Assembly (NCBI GenBank): GCA_038887515.1
Contig: JAWAKK010000001.1
Location: 416,001 to 480,000 of the forward strand
Source of the DNA: Candidatus Nezhaarchaeales archaeon
GTDB lineage: Archaea > Thermoproteota > Methanomethylicia > Nezhaarchaeales > WYZ-LMO8
Direction of reading: 5' to 3'
DNA length: 64,000 nt
In this document: positions 39,626 to 48,666 of the stretch, in pieces
Layout: every line of letters starts with the position of its first letter
How positions within the stretch are numbered: the first letter of the stretch is position 1
Translations under genes and position numbers: made by a program
Notes under the pieces: model-generated
Told to the model about the DNA's origin: nothing
Database searches by the model: none
What the model saw: only the letters and a program-made list of their open reading frames with translations

Positions 39626-40861
39626 GTGATCGTAGAGAATGCGGTGTGCACCGGTTGCTCACTATTTTGTAACGATATAGATGTAGAAGTAGAGAACCTT
39701 TCAGTTATTAAGACGAGAGGTGCTTGTAGTCATGGAACTGCTAGGCTTAAGGGCTTTCATCAGAACAGGCTTAAGGAGCCGCTTCTAGAAGGCAAAAAAG
39801 TTGGTGTTGACGAGGCTGTAGAGGCTATAGCTGAGAAGATCAAGCAGTCTAGAGCTCCGTTAATTTATGGCGGAGAGTCATCTAGCAATAGGGTCGTCGA
39901 ACTAGCATTAAGATTGGCGGAGAAAATCTACGCATACTATGATTCTCCACCTTCCATATGCAGAATAACGGTACCTATCCAAGAAGAAGTTCGAGTTAAA
40001 AACTTAACACTCGATGAGATATTAGACGAAGCCGACTTTGTGCTCTACTGGGGCGTAAGCATAGCCGACACACACTTGCGGCACGCCAGTAAGTACGCGG
40101 TTATGCCTCGAGGTAGAACGATAAAGATGGGGAGGGAAAACAGAGTCGTTTCGGTGATAGACGTAAGGGAATCTATGAGTATGAAGATAGCTCAACATAG
40201 GATAGTAATTAATCCTTGTACTGATATTTACATGGTTAAGGCAATAATGGACTCTATGGAGGGGTCAGCCCAAATACTTGGCGCATCAACAGCAAGACAA
40301 GTAATGTTAATGTCATCTGACCTTAAAGGCGCCTCATCTATAGCAATTTTCTTAGGTCGAGGCATAATGAGATGCGGAAAGGGTGAAGAAAACGTAAGGG
40401 CACTCTTAAGTTTAGCGAAAACGCTAATTGAAGAACGTAAGTGCTCAGTCCATCCATTAGCCGAAAATATTAACTCTTACGGCCAAGCGAAAGTTATGTG
40501 GAAAACCTTAGGGACATGCCTACCGTACAACTTTAAAGAAAGAAAGGTGGTGGAACCAGTTGACTCTTTACTTGCACGTACGAACATAGATTTCGTCCTA
40601 GCCATTGGTAGCGACTTCCTCACCCAGATACCTCTTCAAATTTCAAAGAAACTTAAAGGAAAGATAGCGTGTACTACCGAGCTAAAAAGCGTGACGCAGG
40701 CCTATTCTAATATCGCTGTGCCAGTCAAAATTTTAGGGGTCGAGACTGGAGGAGTCGTTACTAGGACGGATGGGGTGGACGTTGAACTCAAACATTTTAT
40801 ATGTAACGAAGAATTGCCAAGCGAAGAAGAGGTCTTAAATCGCCTGCTATCTTTAATCTAA
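39626..40861 (+). CDS. fwdB: Formylmethanofuran dehydrogenase subunit B-like protein (divergent)
   Basis: CTGCSLFCNDI...C cluster, PLIYG, AD.V.YWG....H.RH.SKY...PRG, DVR and GVE.GG...RTDGV motifs. Confidence 0.8.
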   Translation: MIVENAVCTGCSLFCNDIDVEVENLSVIKTRGACSHGTARLKGFHQNRLKEPLLEGKKVGVDEAVEAIAEKIKQSRAPLIYGGESSSNRVVELALRLAEKIYAYYDSPPSICRITVPIQEEVRVKNLTLDEILDEADFVLYWGVSIADTHLRHASKYAVMPRGRTIKMGRENRVVSVIDVRESMSMKIAQHRIVINPCTDIYMVKAIMDSMEGSAQILGASTARQVMLMSSDLKGASSIAIFLGRGIMRCGKGEENVRALLSLAKTLIEERKCSVHPLAENINSYGQAKVMWKTLGTCLPYNFKERKVVEPVDSLLARTNIDFVLAIGSDFLTQIPLQISKKLKGKIACTTELKSVTQAYSNIAVPVKILGVETGGVVTRTDGVDVELKHFICNEELPSEEEVLNRLLSLI

Positions 40862-40871
40862 GGTGTTATAG

Positions 40872-43256
40872 ATGCTTCAAATCAGTAGCGATCTGTCGGC
40901 TCAAGAAAGCGTAGAAAGAGTATTGATATTCGTGTGTAAATGCGGTACAAACATTGCAGGCGTAATAGACGTAGGGCAAGTAATTAGGCACTTTTCAGGT
41001 AAAAGCGGAGTGATTGTTAGGGATCACGAGCACTGTTGTAGCAATGATGGTCTCAAGAAAATAAGGGAAGCAATAAAAGAAGAAAAGGTTTCGAGATTAA
41101 TAATAGCATGTTGCACTCCATCGCTTCATGGAGAGCTGTTCAAAAAAAATGCCGAAGAGGCTGGCTTAAATCGAGGATTCGTGGAGATAGTAAATATACG
41201 AGAACAATGCTCATGGGTTCACTATCATGACCCTGAAAGAGCTACTAACAAGGCGATAGACCTCATAGAGATGGCGCTAGCGGCAGCTCGACATACTGTG
41301 CCAACTAAAGTCCTTAAAGTGCCTGTTGAAAAGGCCGTCCTAGTAATTGGAGGAGGAGTTGCCGGAGTTACTGCAGCACTATTGCTAGCAGAAATGGGCT
41401 TTAAAGTCTATTTAGTAGAGAGGGAGGGCTTCATAGGGGGGCATATGGCTAAGTGGGATAAAGTGTTTCCAACACTGGATTGTAGTATATGCGTCTTAGG
41501 CCCCCAATTATCTAAACTTTACAATCATCAGAACGTAGAGGTACTGACTCTAAGCGAAGTCAAGTCTATAAAGGGTTTTCCAGGAAATTATGAAGTAGAG
41601 ATATTAAAAAAGGCTCGGTACGTTAATGAGAAGCTCTGTAATGGTTGTAATAAATGTCTCGAAGTTTGTCCAATACAATTGCCTAACGAGTATGATTATG
41701 GCATCGGGTTTAGAAGCGCAATAGTGAAGCCGTCGCCGGAAGCCGTCCCACAGGCCCCCTACATAGACTTAAAGCACTGTATTGGATGTTATTGTTGTTT
41801 CGGAGTTTGCGATCCTAAAGCTATAGATTTTAAGGATGAAGATAAAATAATAAAGCTTAAAGTTGGAGCCATAGTCGTCGCCACGGGCTTTAAGCCTTCC
41901 CAATTCAAAGAGCTAGCTGACTACGGCTACGGAAAGATACCGGACGTTGTAACCGGTGCAGAATATGAGAGATTATTGAACAGCTCCGGTCCGACGAATG
42001 GAACTATTGTAAGGATATCTGATGGAAGGAAACCTAAAAAGATAGCCTTTATTCAATGTGTTGGCAGTAGGAGCGATAGGATAGGTCGTAGGTATTGTAG
42101 TAGGGTATGCTGTAACTACGCAATAAAGCAAGCGGTCCAGACTAAACTTGCGAGACCGGAAGTCGATATAGCGATTTTTTACGTAGACATTAGAGCTACG
42201 GGTAAATTGGCCGAAGAGGCCTATAGACGAGCGATGGAGATGGGGATAAGGTTCATAAAAGCTAGGGTGGGCGAAGTCAAGAGGGCGAAAAATGGTAACG
42301 TAAAAGTATTTTACGAAGACATTTTAAGTGGAGAAATTACAGAAGAAGAATTCGATTTAGTGGTCCTGAGTGTAGGGATGGAGCCCCCCGAAGGGCTTAG
42401 AGACATCGCTATAATGACCGGCATCCCTATAGGTGAAGATGGCTTCCTTACTGAGTATCATCTTAAACTCAATCCCGCCGACACTTTCAATAAGGGGATT
42501 TATTTAGCTGGTGCTTGTTCAGGTCCAAAGGACATAACCGAGTCGGTGTCTCAAGCAGGGTTAGCGGCTTCGAGGATCTCAGAGCTCTTATTAAGAGGGG
42601 AAGTCGAAGTCGAGGTGTATGCTCCAATAGTGGATAGGACTAAGTGTAGGCTTTGCTTTAACTGTGTGAGAGTCTGTCCATTTAATTCCTTAAAACCCAG
42701 CAAGGGTGCTGTTGAAGTTGACGAAATAAGTTGTAGGGGTTGCGGGGCATGTATAGCGGCCTGCCCGACGGGTGCTCTAATTCCTCAAGGAAGTCTAAAT
42801 AATGAACAGATCTCAGCCATGCTGAAAGCTCTACTATCGAGGAAGAGCGAGTTTCCACTTATAGTGGCTTTTATGTGTATGTGGTGTAGTTATGCTGCAG
42901 CTGACAATGCTGGTTTGAGTAAAATCGTCTATCCTACGAACATTAGGATTATAAGAGTACCCTGCACCGTAAGAGTTTCTCCAAGTAATATATTAGAGGC
43001 TTTTAAGCTAGGAGCAGATGGGGTCATGGTACTTGGCTGTTACGAGCAAGACTGTCACTATAGAGTTGGAAGGAAGAGAGCTAACGAAAGGGTTAGAACG
43101 CTGAAAGAGCTATTAAGAAACGTCGGAATAAACCCTGAAAGACTCGTAATTGATGGCGTCGCAGCTTCAGAAGGTAAAAAGTTAGCGGAACTAGTGAGGT
43201 CCTTTGTTGAGGAAATTACTAAACTTGGCCCAATAGGCTCAGAGTTCGGGGTGTAG
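40872..43256 (+). CDS. hdrA: Heterodisulfide reductase subunit A fused to MvhD
   Basis: CKCGTNI, IREQCSWVH, GGGVAG, FPTLDCSIC, QCVGSR, CSRVCC and GPKDI motifs; C-terminal MvhD (FMCMWCSY, RVPC, GC...DCHY). Confidence 0.93.
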   Translation: MLQISSDLSAQESVERVLIFVCKCGTNIAGVIDVGQVIRHFSGKSGVIVRDHEHCCSNDGLKKIREAIKEEKVSRLIIACCTPSLHGELFKKNAEEAGLNRGFVEIVNIREQCSWVHYHDPERATNKAIDLIEMALAAARHTVPTKVLKVPVEKAVLVIGGGVAGVTAALLLAEMGFKVYLVEREGFIGGHMAKWDKVFPTLDCSICVLGPQLSKLYNHQNVEVLTLSEVKSIKGFPGNYEVEILKKARYVNEKLCNGCNKCLEVCPIQLPNEYDYGIGFRSAIVKPSPEAVPQAPYIDLKHCIGCYCCFGVCDPKAIDFKDEDKIIKLKVGAIVVATGFKPSQFKELADYGYGKIPDVVTGAEYERLLNSSGPTNGTIVRISDGRKPKKIAFIQCVGSRSDRIGRRYCSRVCCNYAIKQAVQTKLARPEVDIAIFYVDIRATGKLAEEAYRRAMEMGIRFIKARVGEVKRAKNGNVKVFYEDILSGEITEEEFDLVVLSVGMEPPEGLRDIAIMTGIPIGEDGFLTEYHLKLNPADTFNKGIYLAGACSGPKDITESVSQAGLAASRISELLLRGEVEVEVYAPIVDRTKCRLCFNCVRVCPFNSLKPSKGAVEVDEISCRGCGACIAACPTGALIPQGSLNNEQISAMLKALLSRKSEFPLIVAFMCMWCSYAAADNAGLSKIVYPTNIRIIRVPCTVRVSPSNILEAFKLGADGVMVLGCYEQDCHYRVGRKRANERVRTLKELLRNVGINPERLVIDGVAASEGKKLAELVRSFVEEITKLGPIGSEFGV

Positions 43257-44564
43257 ATGTTGAAAGCCTCTAAACCGATGGTCGAGGTCGAAGTGGGAGA
43301 GAAGATTCTAGGGTATAAGTGGAAGGCTCCCATCCTGGAGAAGAAGCTCTTCTATCGCCTCGACAAGTGCTTTGGTTGTGGACTCTGCGAAGTCGTTTGC
43401 CCAGTAGGAGCAATATTCATGGGACCTGTGAAGGAAATAGCATCGGGTAGAGTTGAAGCACCATATGTAATGATTGATGAAACAAAGTGCGTGGTCTGCA
43501 CGCTCTGTTCGTCCATATGTCCTTCAGGAGCACTAGAATTCAAGTATCGATCAGAACTCGAATACCCAAAGGTAAGAGGTCGTATAGAGGTAGATACAAA
43601 AAAGTGCATTCCATGTCTGCTTTGTGAGAAAATATGCCCGAGAAAAGCCATCAAAGTCGAGGTCTCACTCAAAAAGAAGAACGAGCTAGTAAAATATGTC
43701 AAAGAAGGCGAGTCGTGGGGTAAGGGTAATATAAGTATTGATGTTAAAAAGTGTTGCTATTGCGGTCTATGCGAGCTTTTGTGCGACGCCATAAAAATAG
43801 AGTGGGCTAAACCTAGACCACCCGATTTTAGACCTGGATTATCAGTAACGATAGATAAGACTGAGTGTGATTACTGCGGTCTATGCGAAAGAGTTTGCCC
43901 AGTAGGAGCAATAAAAGTTGAGTGCATAGAGTCTGCTCCTAGAGAGATAAAGGAGCCGGCCATCGAGGGCACAATAAAGATAAGCGAAGACTGCATTTGG
44001 TGTGGGCTATGTAGCAGTTTTTGCCCAGTAAACGCAATTAAGGTTGAAAAGCCCTTTGATGGTGAAGTCTTTATGGTTGAACCTAATGAATGCGATCCTT
44101 CAGGATGTAAGAATTGCATAAACGTATGCCCGATAAACATCGTTTACGTGTCCAAGCCGCCCTCGAAGAGCAAAATGCTTTTCGCTAAGAATTATTGCAT
44201 ATTCTGCGGAGCATGCGAAAAAGCTTGCCCGGTAAATGCTATACGAGTTATAAGAAAGAACATGAGACTTGAGGGCTTAAGTTCTCTTTGGTTTAACATG
44301 AACATTGAATACTTAAATAGAGTATTAGTTGGTTATAAACCTCCTAAACCCAGCATTTACCATAGAGCTGTCAGAGTGGAAGAGACATTAACGGTACCTC
44401 AGCCATCAGCTTCAATGCCTCAGACACCAAAAGGCTTTAGTACACTCGTTGAGAAAGTTGAAAGGCTTATGAAGTTACTATCAGGCACGGCCGAGAGACT
44501 GATGTTCGAGAATTCTAAGATTGATGAGTTACTACTTAAATTAAGAGGTGAAAAGCTTGATTAA
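43257..44564 (+). CDS. fwdF: FwdF-like polyferredoxin
   Basis: Eight CxxCxxCxxxC-type motifs counted; fwd context. Confidence 0.82.
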   Translation: MLKASKPMVEVEVGEKILGYKWKAPILEKKLFYRLDKCFGCGLCEVVCPVGAIFMGPVKEIASGRVEAPYVMIDETKCVVCTLCSSICPSGALEFKYRSELEYPKVRGRIEVDTKKCIPCLLCEKICPRKAIKVEVSLKKKNELVKYVKEGESWGKGNISIDVKKCCYCGLCELLCDAIKIEWAKPRPPDFRPGLSVTIDKTECDYCGLCERVCPVGAIKVECIESAPREIKEPAIEGTIKISEDCIWCGLCSSFCPVNAIKVEKPFDGEVFMVEPNECDPSGCKNCINVCPINIVYVSKPPSKSKMLFAKNYCIFCGACEKACPVNAIRVIRKNMRLEGLSSLWFNMNIEYLNRVLVGYKPPKPSIYHRAVRVEETLTVPQPSASMPQTPKGFSTLVEKVERLMKLLSGTAERLMFENSKIDELLLKLRGEKLD

Positions 44565-44900
44565 GCTTGTAGGTTCTCCTGCAGACTTCGAAACCCTGAC
44601 TTTGATTGGCAATAATTGCTCGCCCGGCCCAACTAGAGCCATGGCGTGCGGAGAAGGCGGCATAAACGTTAAGCCCTTCTTGACTTCGCTTCTAACTCTT
44701 GCCCGAACTTTTACCGAGCCATGCTTTGAACGTACCTCTACTACATCGCCTTCATTTACTCCAATGGATGAGGCGTCTTCCGGGCTCATGTATATCGTTG
44801 CCGATTCCCTCGCATATTCATCACTTAAAGAGCCAAAACGCTTTGCTTTTTCAAAGTCGTGGAAGCTCTCAATTAATAAGTCCACTTCTAGCTCGATCAC
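44541..44900 (-). CDS. fwdD: FwdD-like molybdopterin-dinucleotide-binding subunit, opposite in orientation to the operon
   Basis: SDEY......MSPED...IGV.EGD.V.V.S..GSV.V.A......G..FMP.SP.A..LV pattern; likely start GTG44900. Confidence 0.8.
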   Translation of the reverse strand: MIELEVDLLIESFHDFEKAKRFGSLSDEYARESATIYMSPEDASSIGVNEGDVVEVRSKHGSVKVRARVRSEVKKGLTFMPPSPHAMALVGPGEQLLPIKVRVSKSAGEPTSLIKLFTS

Positions 44901-44915
44901 AAGAGACGCAAGGGG

Positions 44916-45401
44916 GTGGGCTTCATAAATAATTTTCTTGAAGCCAGAAGGTGCATTCAATGCGGTGCCTGCACCTCGGTCTGCCCCGTATCCAAGGCAA
45001 CGAGAAAGTTTAACCCTAGACTACTGATGTATGCAGCTAAAAGAGGGGTAATAGTTAAAAGTGATGACGTATGGTTCTGCCTAAGATGTCATGCCTGTGA
45101 AGCTAAATGCCCGAATTCTATCAAGATACCGGACATCATAACTTATATGAGAAGCAAAATTTTGGAGGAAGGTTATGAGAAAAGAGTTATCGAGTTCTAT
45201 TTAGATACTGTAAAGACGCTGCTTGATAGCGGTTTAACGATTGTAGCATCTAATAATAAAATAGAGGAATTTAAGGTTGAGAATGGGTTAAATATCCCTT
45301 CATTTACGGAGGAAGTAAAGTCAGAACTTTGGGGCTTCTTGAGGAAAATTAACTTAGAAAGCAGATTAAGAGACGTGATGAAAATTGATAAAAGACTTTA
45401 G
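44916..45401 (+). CDS. hdrC: Heterodisulfide reductase subunit C
   Basis: CIQCGACTSVCP, FNPR and WFCLRCHACEAKCP motifs. Confidence 0.87.
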   Translation: MGFINNFLEARRCIQCGACTSVCPVSKATRKFNPRLLMYAAKRGVIVKSDDVWFCLRCHACEAKCPNSIKIPDIITYMRSKILEEGYEKRVIEFYLDTVKTLLDSGLTIVASNNKIEEFKVENGLNIPSFTEEVKSELWGFLRKINLESRLRDVMKIDKRL

Positions 45402-46242
45402 CGCGGAGGCCATCCTTTTCCCTGGATGTAGGGCCCTCAACAAATATCCTGGAATCTCTAGTTCATCACTCGAAGTCTTAAAGTTGCTAGGCCTAAAGGT
45501 AAAGCTTCCTACGAACATTTTATGTTGTGGGCGTCCCGTCGAGAGCACAGGGATATTAAAAGATGAGCAAACGAATGCACTGGCCTACTTTAACTTGACT
45601 AAGCTGATGGATAAACCAAGATACTTAATCGTAGTGTGTAATGGCTGCTATTCTGTCTTTAGTAGGGCGTTGAGTTTAAGAGAACTTAAATCCGAATACG
45701 GAATTGACCCTGAATGTTTTCACGTAGCAGAGGTCGTATGGCTCAAGAGGCATGATCTTGCTAAAAAAGCCAAGCTAAACTTCAATAAACTGAAGGTCGC
45801 AGTTCAAGTTGGTTGCCACTACCTTTACTCTCCATATCGAGAAACCATTAAGGGGGAGGAAGGAGAAGATATACTAGAAGATATAGCGCTGGCTTTCAAC
45901 GCTAAAGTGGTGGACTACGAAGAAAAACGTACTTGCTGCGGAGGTCCGGTTATTAAGTGGCTTGGACACGTTACCTCTACAATATCGCACGAAAAAGCGA
46001 AAAGCTTCATAGAAAGCGATGCAGACTTGCTTTTAACTATGTGTCCAACTTGTTTGGCTACGCTCGATAAAGCTCAACAAGAGCTTATGAATTTAGGGAA
46101 AGTTGAAAGGACCATACCTATACTACATGTATCTCAATTCGTTGCTCTAGCACTTGGCTTTGACTCCGTAAAGACCTTAGGGTTTCATCTACAGCTTTCA
46201 CATCAAGAACTTCAAGCCCTCCACTCTATATTGAACGTTTAG
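45385..46242 (+). CDS. hdrB: Heterodisulfide reductase subunit B
   Basis: Two CCG domains: FPGC, CCG, CNGC, GCH, CCGG and CPTC. Confidence 0.87.
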   Translation: MIKDFSAEAILFPGCRALNKYPGISSSSLEVLKLLGLKVKLPTNILCCGRPVESTGILKDEQTNALAYFNLTKLMDKPRYLIVVCNGCYSVFSRALSLRELKSEYGIDPECFHVAEVVWLKRHDLAKKAKLNFNKLKVAVQVGCHYLYSPYRETIKGEEGEDILEDIALAFNAKVVDYEEKRTCCGGPVIKWLGHVTSTISHEKAKSFIESDADLLLTMCPTCLATLDKAQQELMNLGKVERTIPILHVSQFVALALGFDSVKTLGFHLQLSHQELQALHSILNV

Positions 46243-47306
46243 GTTGACCCTCCTTCTCTAATCTCCCCTTCGACTTCGGGTTGAAGAAGGGACGCTAAAG
46301 CTATTATTGCGCTTGAAGCGGCGAAGTCGGTTGCTATAGTCACACCCGGGCATAGATCAACGACTGCAGAGGCGTACCTAAAGACGCCTTTAGGTATGCC
46401 TTCCCTCGAGCCCACTAAGACGTTCACCCTCTTGCCGCTTAACAGAAGCGTTCTAAGCTTATCGGCAATTGAGCCAACATATTCTCCCTCGGGCTCGAAG
46501 ACTATAATAACCTCACCGGACCTCTCTCTTACGAGCTGAAATAGATCTTGAACTAGTATCGGAACTCTGTAGACTTCCCTCCCATAAACTCTACGTTGAA
46601 CCTCGTACCTCGTCTTCATGCCATCATAGAGCCCGTCTATGAAGTCTCTTAGTTGCTTGGCATTTACTGCACCTATTATCGCTACGACGAGTTCACCTAC
46701 TTCAAACGTTTGTACTGCCCGACCTATCCTTATACCCATGTTCTTAGAAGCTTTTTCGTCTCCTAGGTATGGTAATTGGACGACAGAGATCTTCCTTAGA
46801 ACCCTTATAATGGGCTTCTTTTGGGGTGTTATCTTCTTGAACTCTTCGCTGCCCGGATAAACAGTTATGTATGCTTCATCCCCTACTATCTCTATAGCCA
46901 CAACCTTGTCCGGTTTATCTAAGTTCACGGTAGCACCCGTAGCTTCCTTAATAGCAGCCCCGACCGCTACATTAACGTCGATGCTAGTGAATTTGTGTCT
47001 TCCCCGCCTAGTAGTTCTAACGGCAAATGTTTCGTCGGGTCCTATAAGGCCATTAATCGCTTCAACTGCGACACTTGTTATCTCTTTGAGTTCTGCTTTG
47101 CATTTGACTATGGATTTTATAGCCCTTTCTATTTCAACAACTTCTTCATTAATCTTCTTCAGGAGTTCGTCTTCATTTGTCGATTCTATGAGTATTACCC
47201 CCGCAAAACCTTGAGGTGAAATCTGAACCTTAGCTTGAGGACAGAGTTCCCTTATCCTTGCTGCTGCCACCTTCTCCATTCCTAGTAAGGTTTTAGCTAT
47301 TATCAA
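46239..47306 (-). CDS. THUMP domain plus SPOUT-type RNA methyltransferase
   Basis: KT..GME, TFAVRTTRRG.H.F.S, V.L..PD and GSREGIP.G motifs. Confidence 0.82.
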   Translation of the reverse strand: MIIAKTLLGMEKVAAARIRELCPQAKVQISPQGFAGVILIESTNEDELLKKINEEVVEIERAIKSIVKCKAELKEITSVAVEAINGLIGPDETFAVRTTRRGRHKFTSIDVNVAVGAAIKEATGATVNLDKPDKVVAIEIVGDEAYITVYPGSEEFKKITPQKKPIIRVLRKISVVQLPYLGDEKASKNMGIRIGRAVQTFEVGELVVAIIGAVNAKQLRDFIDGLYDGMKTRYEVQRRVYGREVYRVPILVQDLFQLVRERSGEVIIVFEPEGEYVGSIADKLRTLLLSGKRVNVLVGSREGIPKGVFRYASAVVDLCPGVTIATDFAASSAIIALASLLQPEVEGEIREGGST

Positions 47307-47354
47307 GGCTTACCCCTAAATCTTTATACCGGAGATTTTGAAAATGTTCATATT

Positions 47355-47412
47355 GGGCTATGAGCTAGCATGTCGCGCCTGACTTGTGATGATGCCCTCA
47401 ATACGCGAGCCC
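47355..47412 (+). ncRNA. Candidate box C/D sRNA
   Basis: GGGC stem, C-like UAUGA, 15 nt, D' CUGA (47379), C' UGAUGA (47387), 12 nt, D-like GCGA, GCCC stem; TTTATA ~27 nt upstream; intergenic. Confidence 0.55.
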
Positions 47413-47470
47413 GGCCTACCGATGTCTTTACAAGCTAAGCTGAGATGCCACAGTAGCTTTAGAGGGATAA

Positions 47471-48517
47471 TCATATAAGTGAAAGCCATTTGCTACCACC
47501 TTGCTGGAGTGATCCAACTATATTTATTTTCTCCCCGCACTTTGGACACGAATTGTCGATGGTAAGTCTCCACTTCAATATATCAAATGAAAACCTTTCC
47601 ACTAACACTTCTCTACAATTGGGGCAGTACGTGTGTTCAAGTCTATGTCCTGGAACGTTGCCTATATAGACGTACTTCAGTCCGACGTCCATAGCTACTT
47701 CAGCGGCCTTCTCTAAAATTTGTATTGGAGTTGAGGGGACGTCGAGCAACTGATAGTCAGGGTGGAACTTTAATATGTGGAAAGGGGTATCCTTACCTAG
47801 GACTTCTACTATCCTTAATGCCAGCCCTCTAAGGCTTTCTAAGTCATCTCCATACTTAGTGACTACGAGATTAGTCACTTCGACAAAGATGCCGCACTTC
47901 TTCATCTCCTTTAAAGTCTCAAATATTGGTTCAGGATCTGGGACAGACATAAACTGCCTATAAAAATTAGGGTCTCCTGAACCCTTGAAGTCAACAGTTG
48001 CAGCGTTGAGGTATTGACTTATAGTTTTGACGGCTTCGGGGGTCATATAACCGTTGGTAACAAACGTGTTGAAGAGGCCCTTTCCTTGAGATAACTTCGC
48101 TGTATCATAGGCGTACTCGAAGAATATCGTTGGCTCGGTGTAGGTGTAACTTATCCCTTGGCAACCATGCTTTATGGATGCAGAGACAACCTTTTCGGGC
48201 GGAAAGTCGAAGCCCTCTATTTCCCTGCTTTGGCTTATGACCCAATTGTCGCAGAACTTACATCTAAAGTTGCAACCTATGGTCGCTATACTCATCACGG
48301 CCGACCCGGGGTAATAATGGAAGAGAGGCTTCTTTTCTATGGGGTCTATGTTAGCGGTTATCGCTTTTCCATAAACTAAGGTGTACAGTATACCGTTAAT
48401 GTTCTTTCTAACACCACAAAAGCCTACACTACCTTTTGATATTCGGCACCTCCTGTGACATAGATTACATTCAACACTGCCATCGGATAGCTGAGAATAC
48501 AACATCGCTTCTTTCAA
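47471..48517 (-). CDS. AmmeMemoRadiSam system radical SAM enzyme (PflA-like)
   Basis: C.LC.R.C, G.CGVR.N, DPIEKKPL.H, GCNFRCKFCDNW.ISQ, YTYTEP and YVYIGNV motifs. Confidence 0.9.
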   Translation of the reverse strand: MKEAMLYSQLSDGSVECNLCHRRCRISKGSVGFCGVRKNINGILYTLVYGKAITANIDPIEKKPLFHYYPGSAVMSIATIGCNFRCKFCDNWVISQSREIEGFDFPPEKVVSASIKHGCQGISYTYTEPTIFFEYAYDTAKLSQGKGLFNTFVTNGYMTPEAVKTISQYLNAATVDFKGSGDPNFYRQFMSVPDPEPIFETLKEMKKCGIFVEVTNLVVTKYGDDLESLRGLALRIVEVLGKDTPFHILKFHPDYQLLDVPSTPIQILEKAAEVAMDVGLKYVYIGNVPGHRLEHTYCPNCREVLVERFSFDILKWRLTIDNSCPKCGEKINIVGSLQQGGSKWLSLI

Positions 48518-48666
48518 TTACGGTCTCCCCAACAACCCTTGTGTAGAAGCCTCATTTCAAGCTTATTGTTACTATAAAGCGAGCTTACAGAGATTATGAA
48601 AAAGTTATAAGCTAGATCCTTCTAAGTTCTAGATCCTAAACTTCGAAAACGACCTTCACAACCTTG

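Noticed and set aside
39626-43256. Possible selenocysteine recoding in FwdB/HdrA/MvhD, which are selenoproteins in some methanogens
   Set aside because: The ORFs are uninterrupted, with Cys codons at the relevant sites and no in-frame TGA
43395-43913. Exact 21-nt direct repeat GTTTGCCCAGTAGGAGCAATA (43395 and 43893)
   Set aside because: Both copies encode VCPVGAI in repeated ferredoxin modules of fwdF; not CRISPR or a mobile-element end
44548-44928. 126-aa plus-strand ORF filling the gap in the fwd/hdr operon
   Set aside because: Ser/Thr-rich shadow of the minus-strand fwdD, which has clear family motifs; only its ends matter, for the inversion hypothesis
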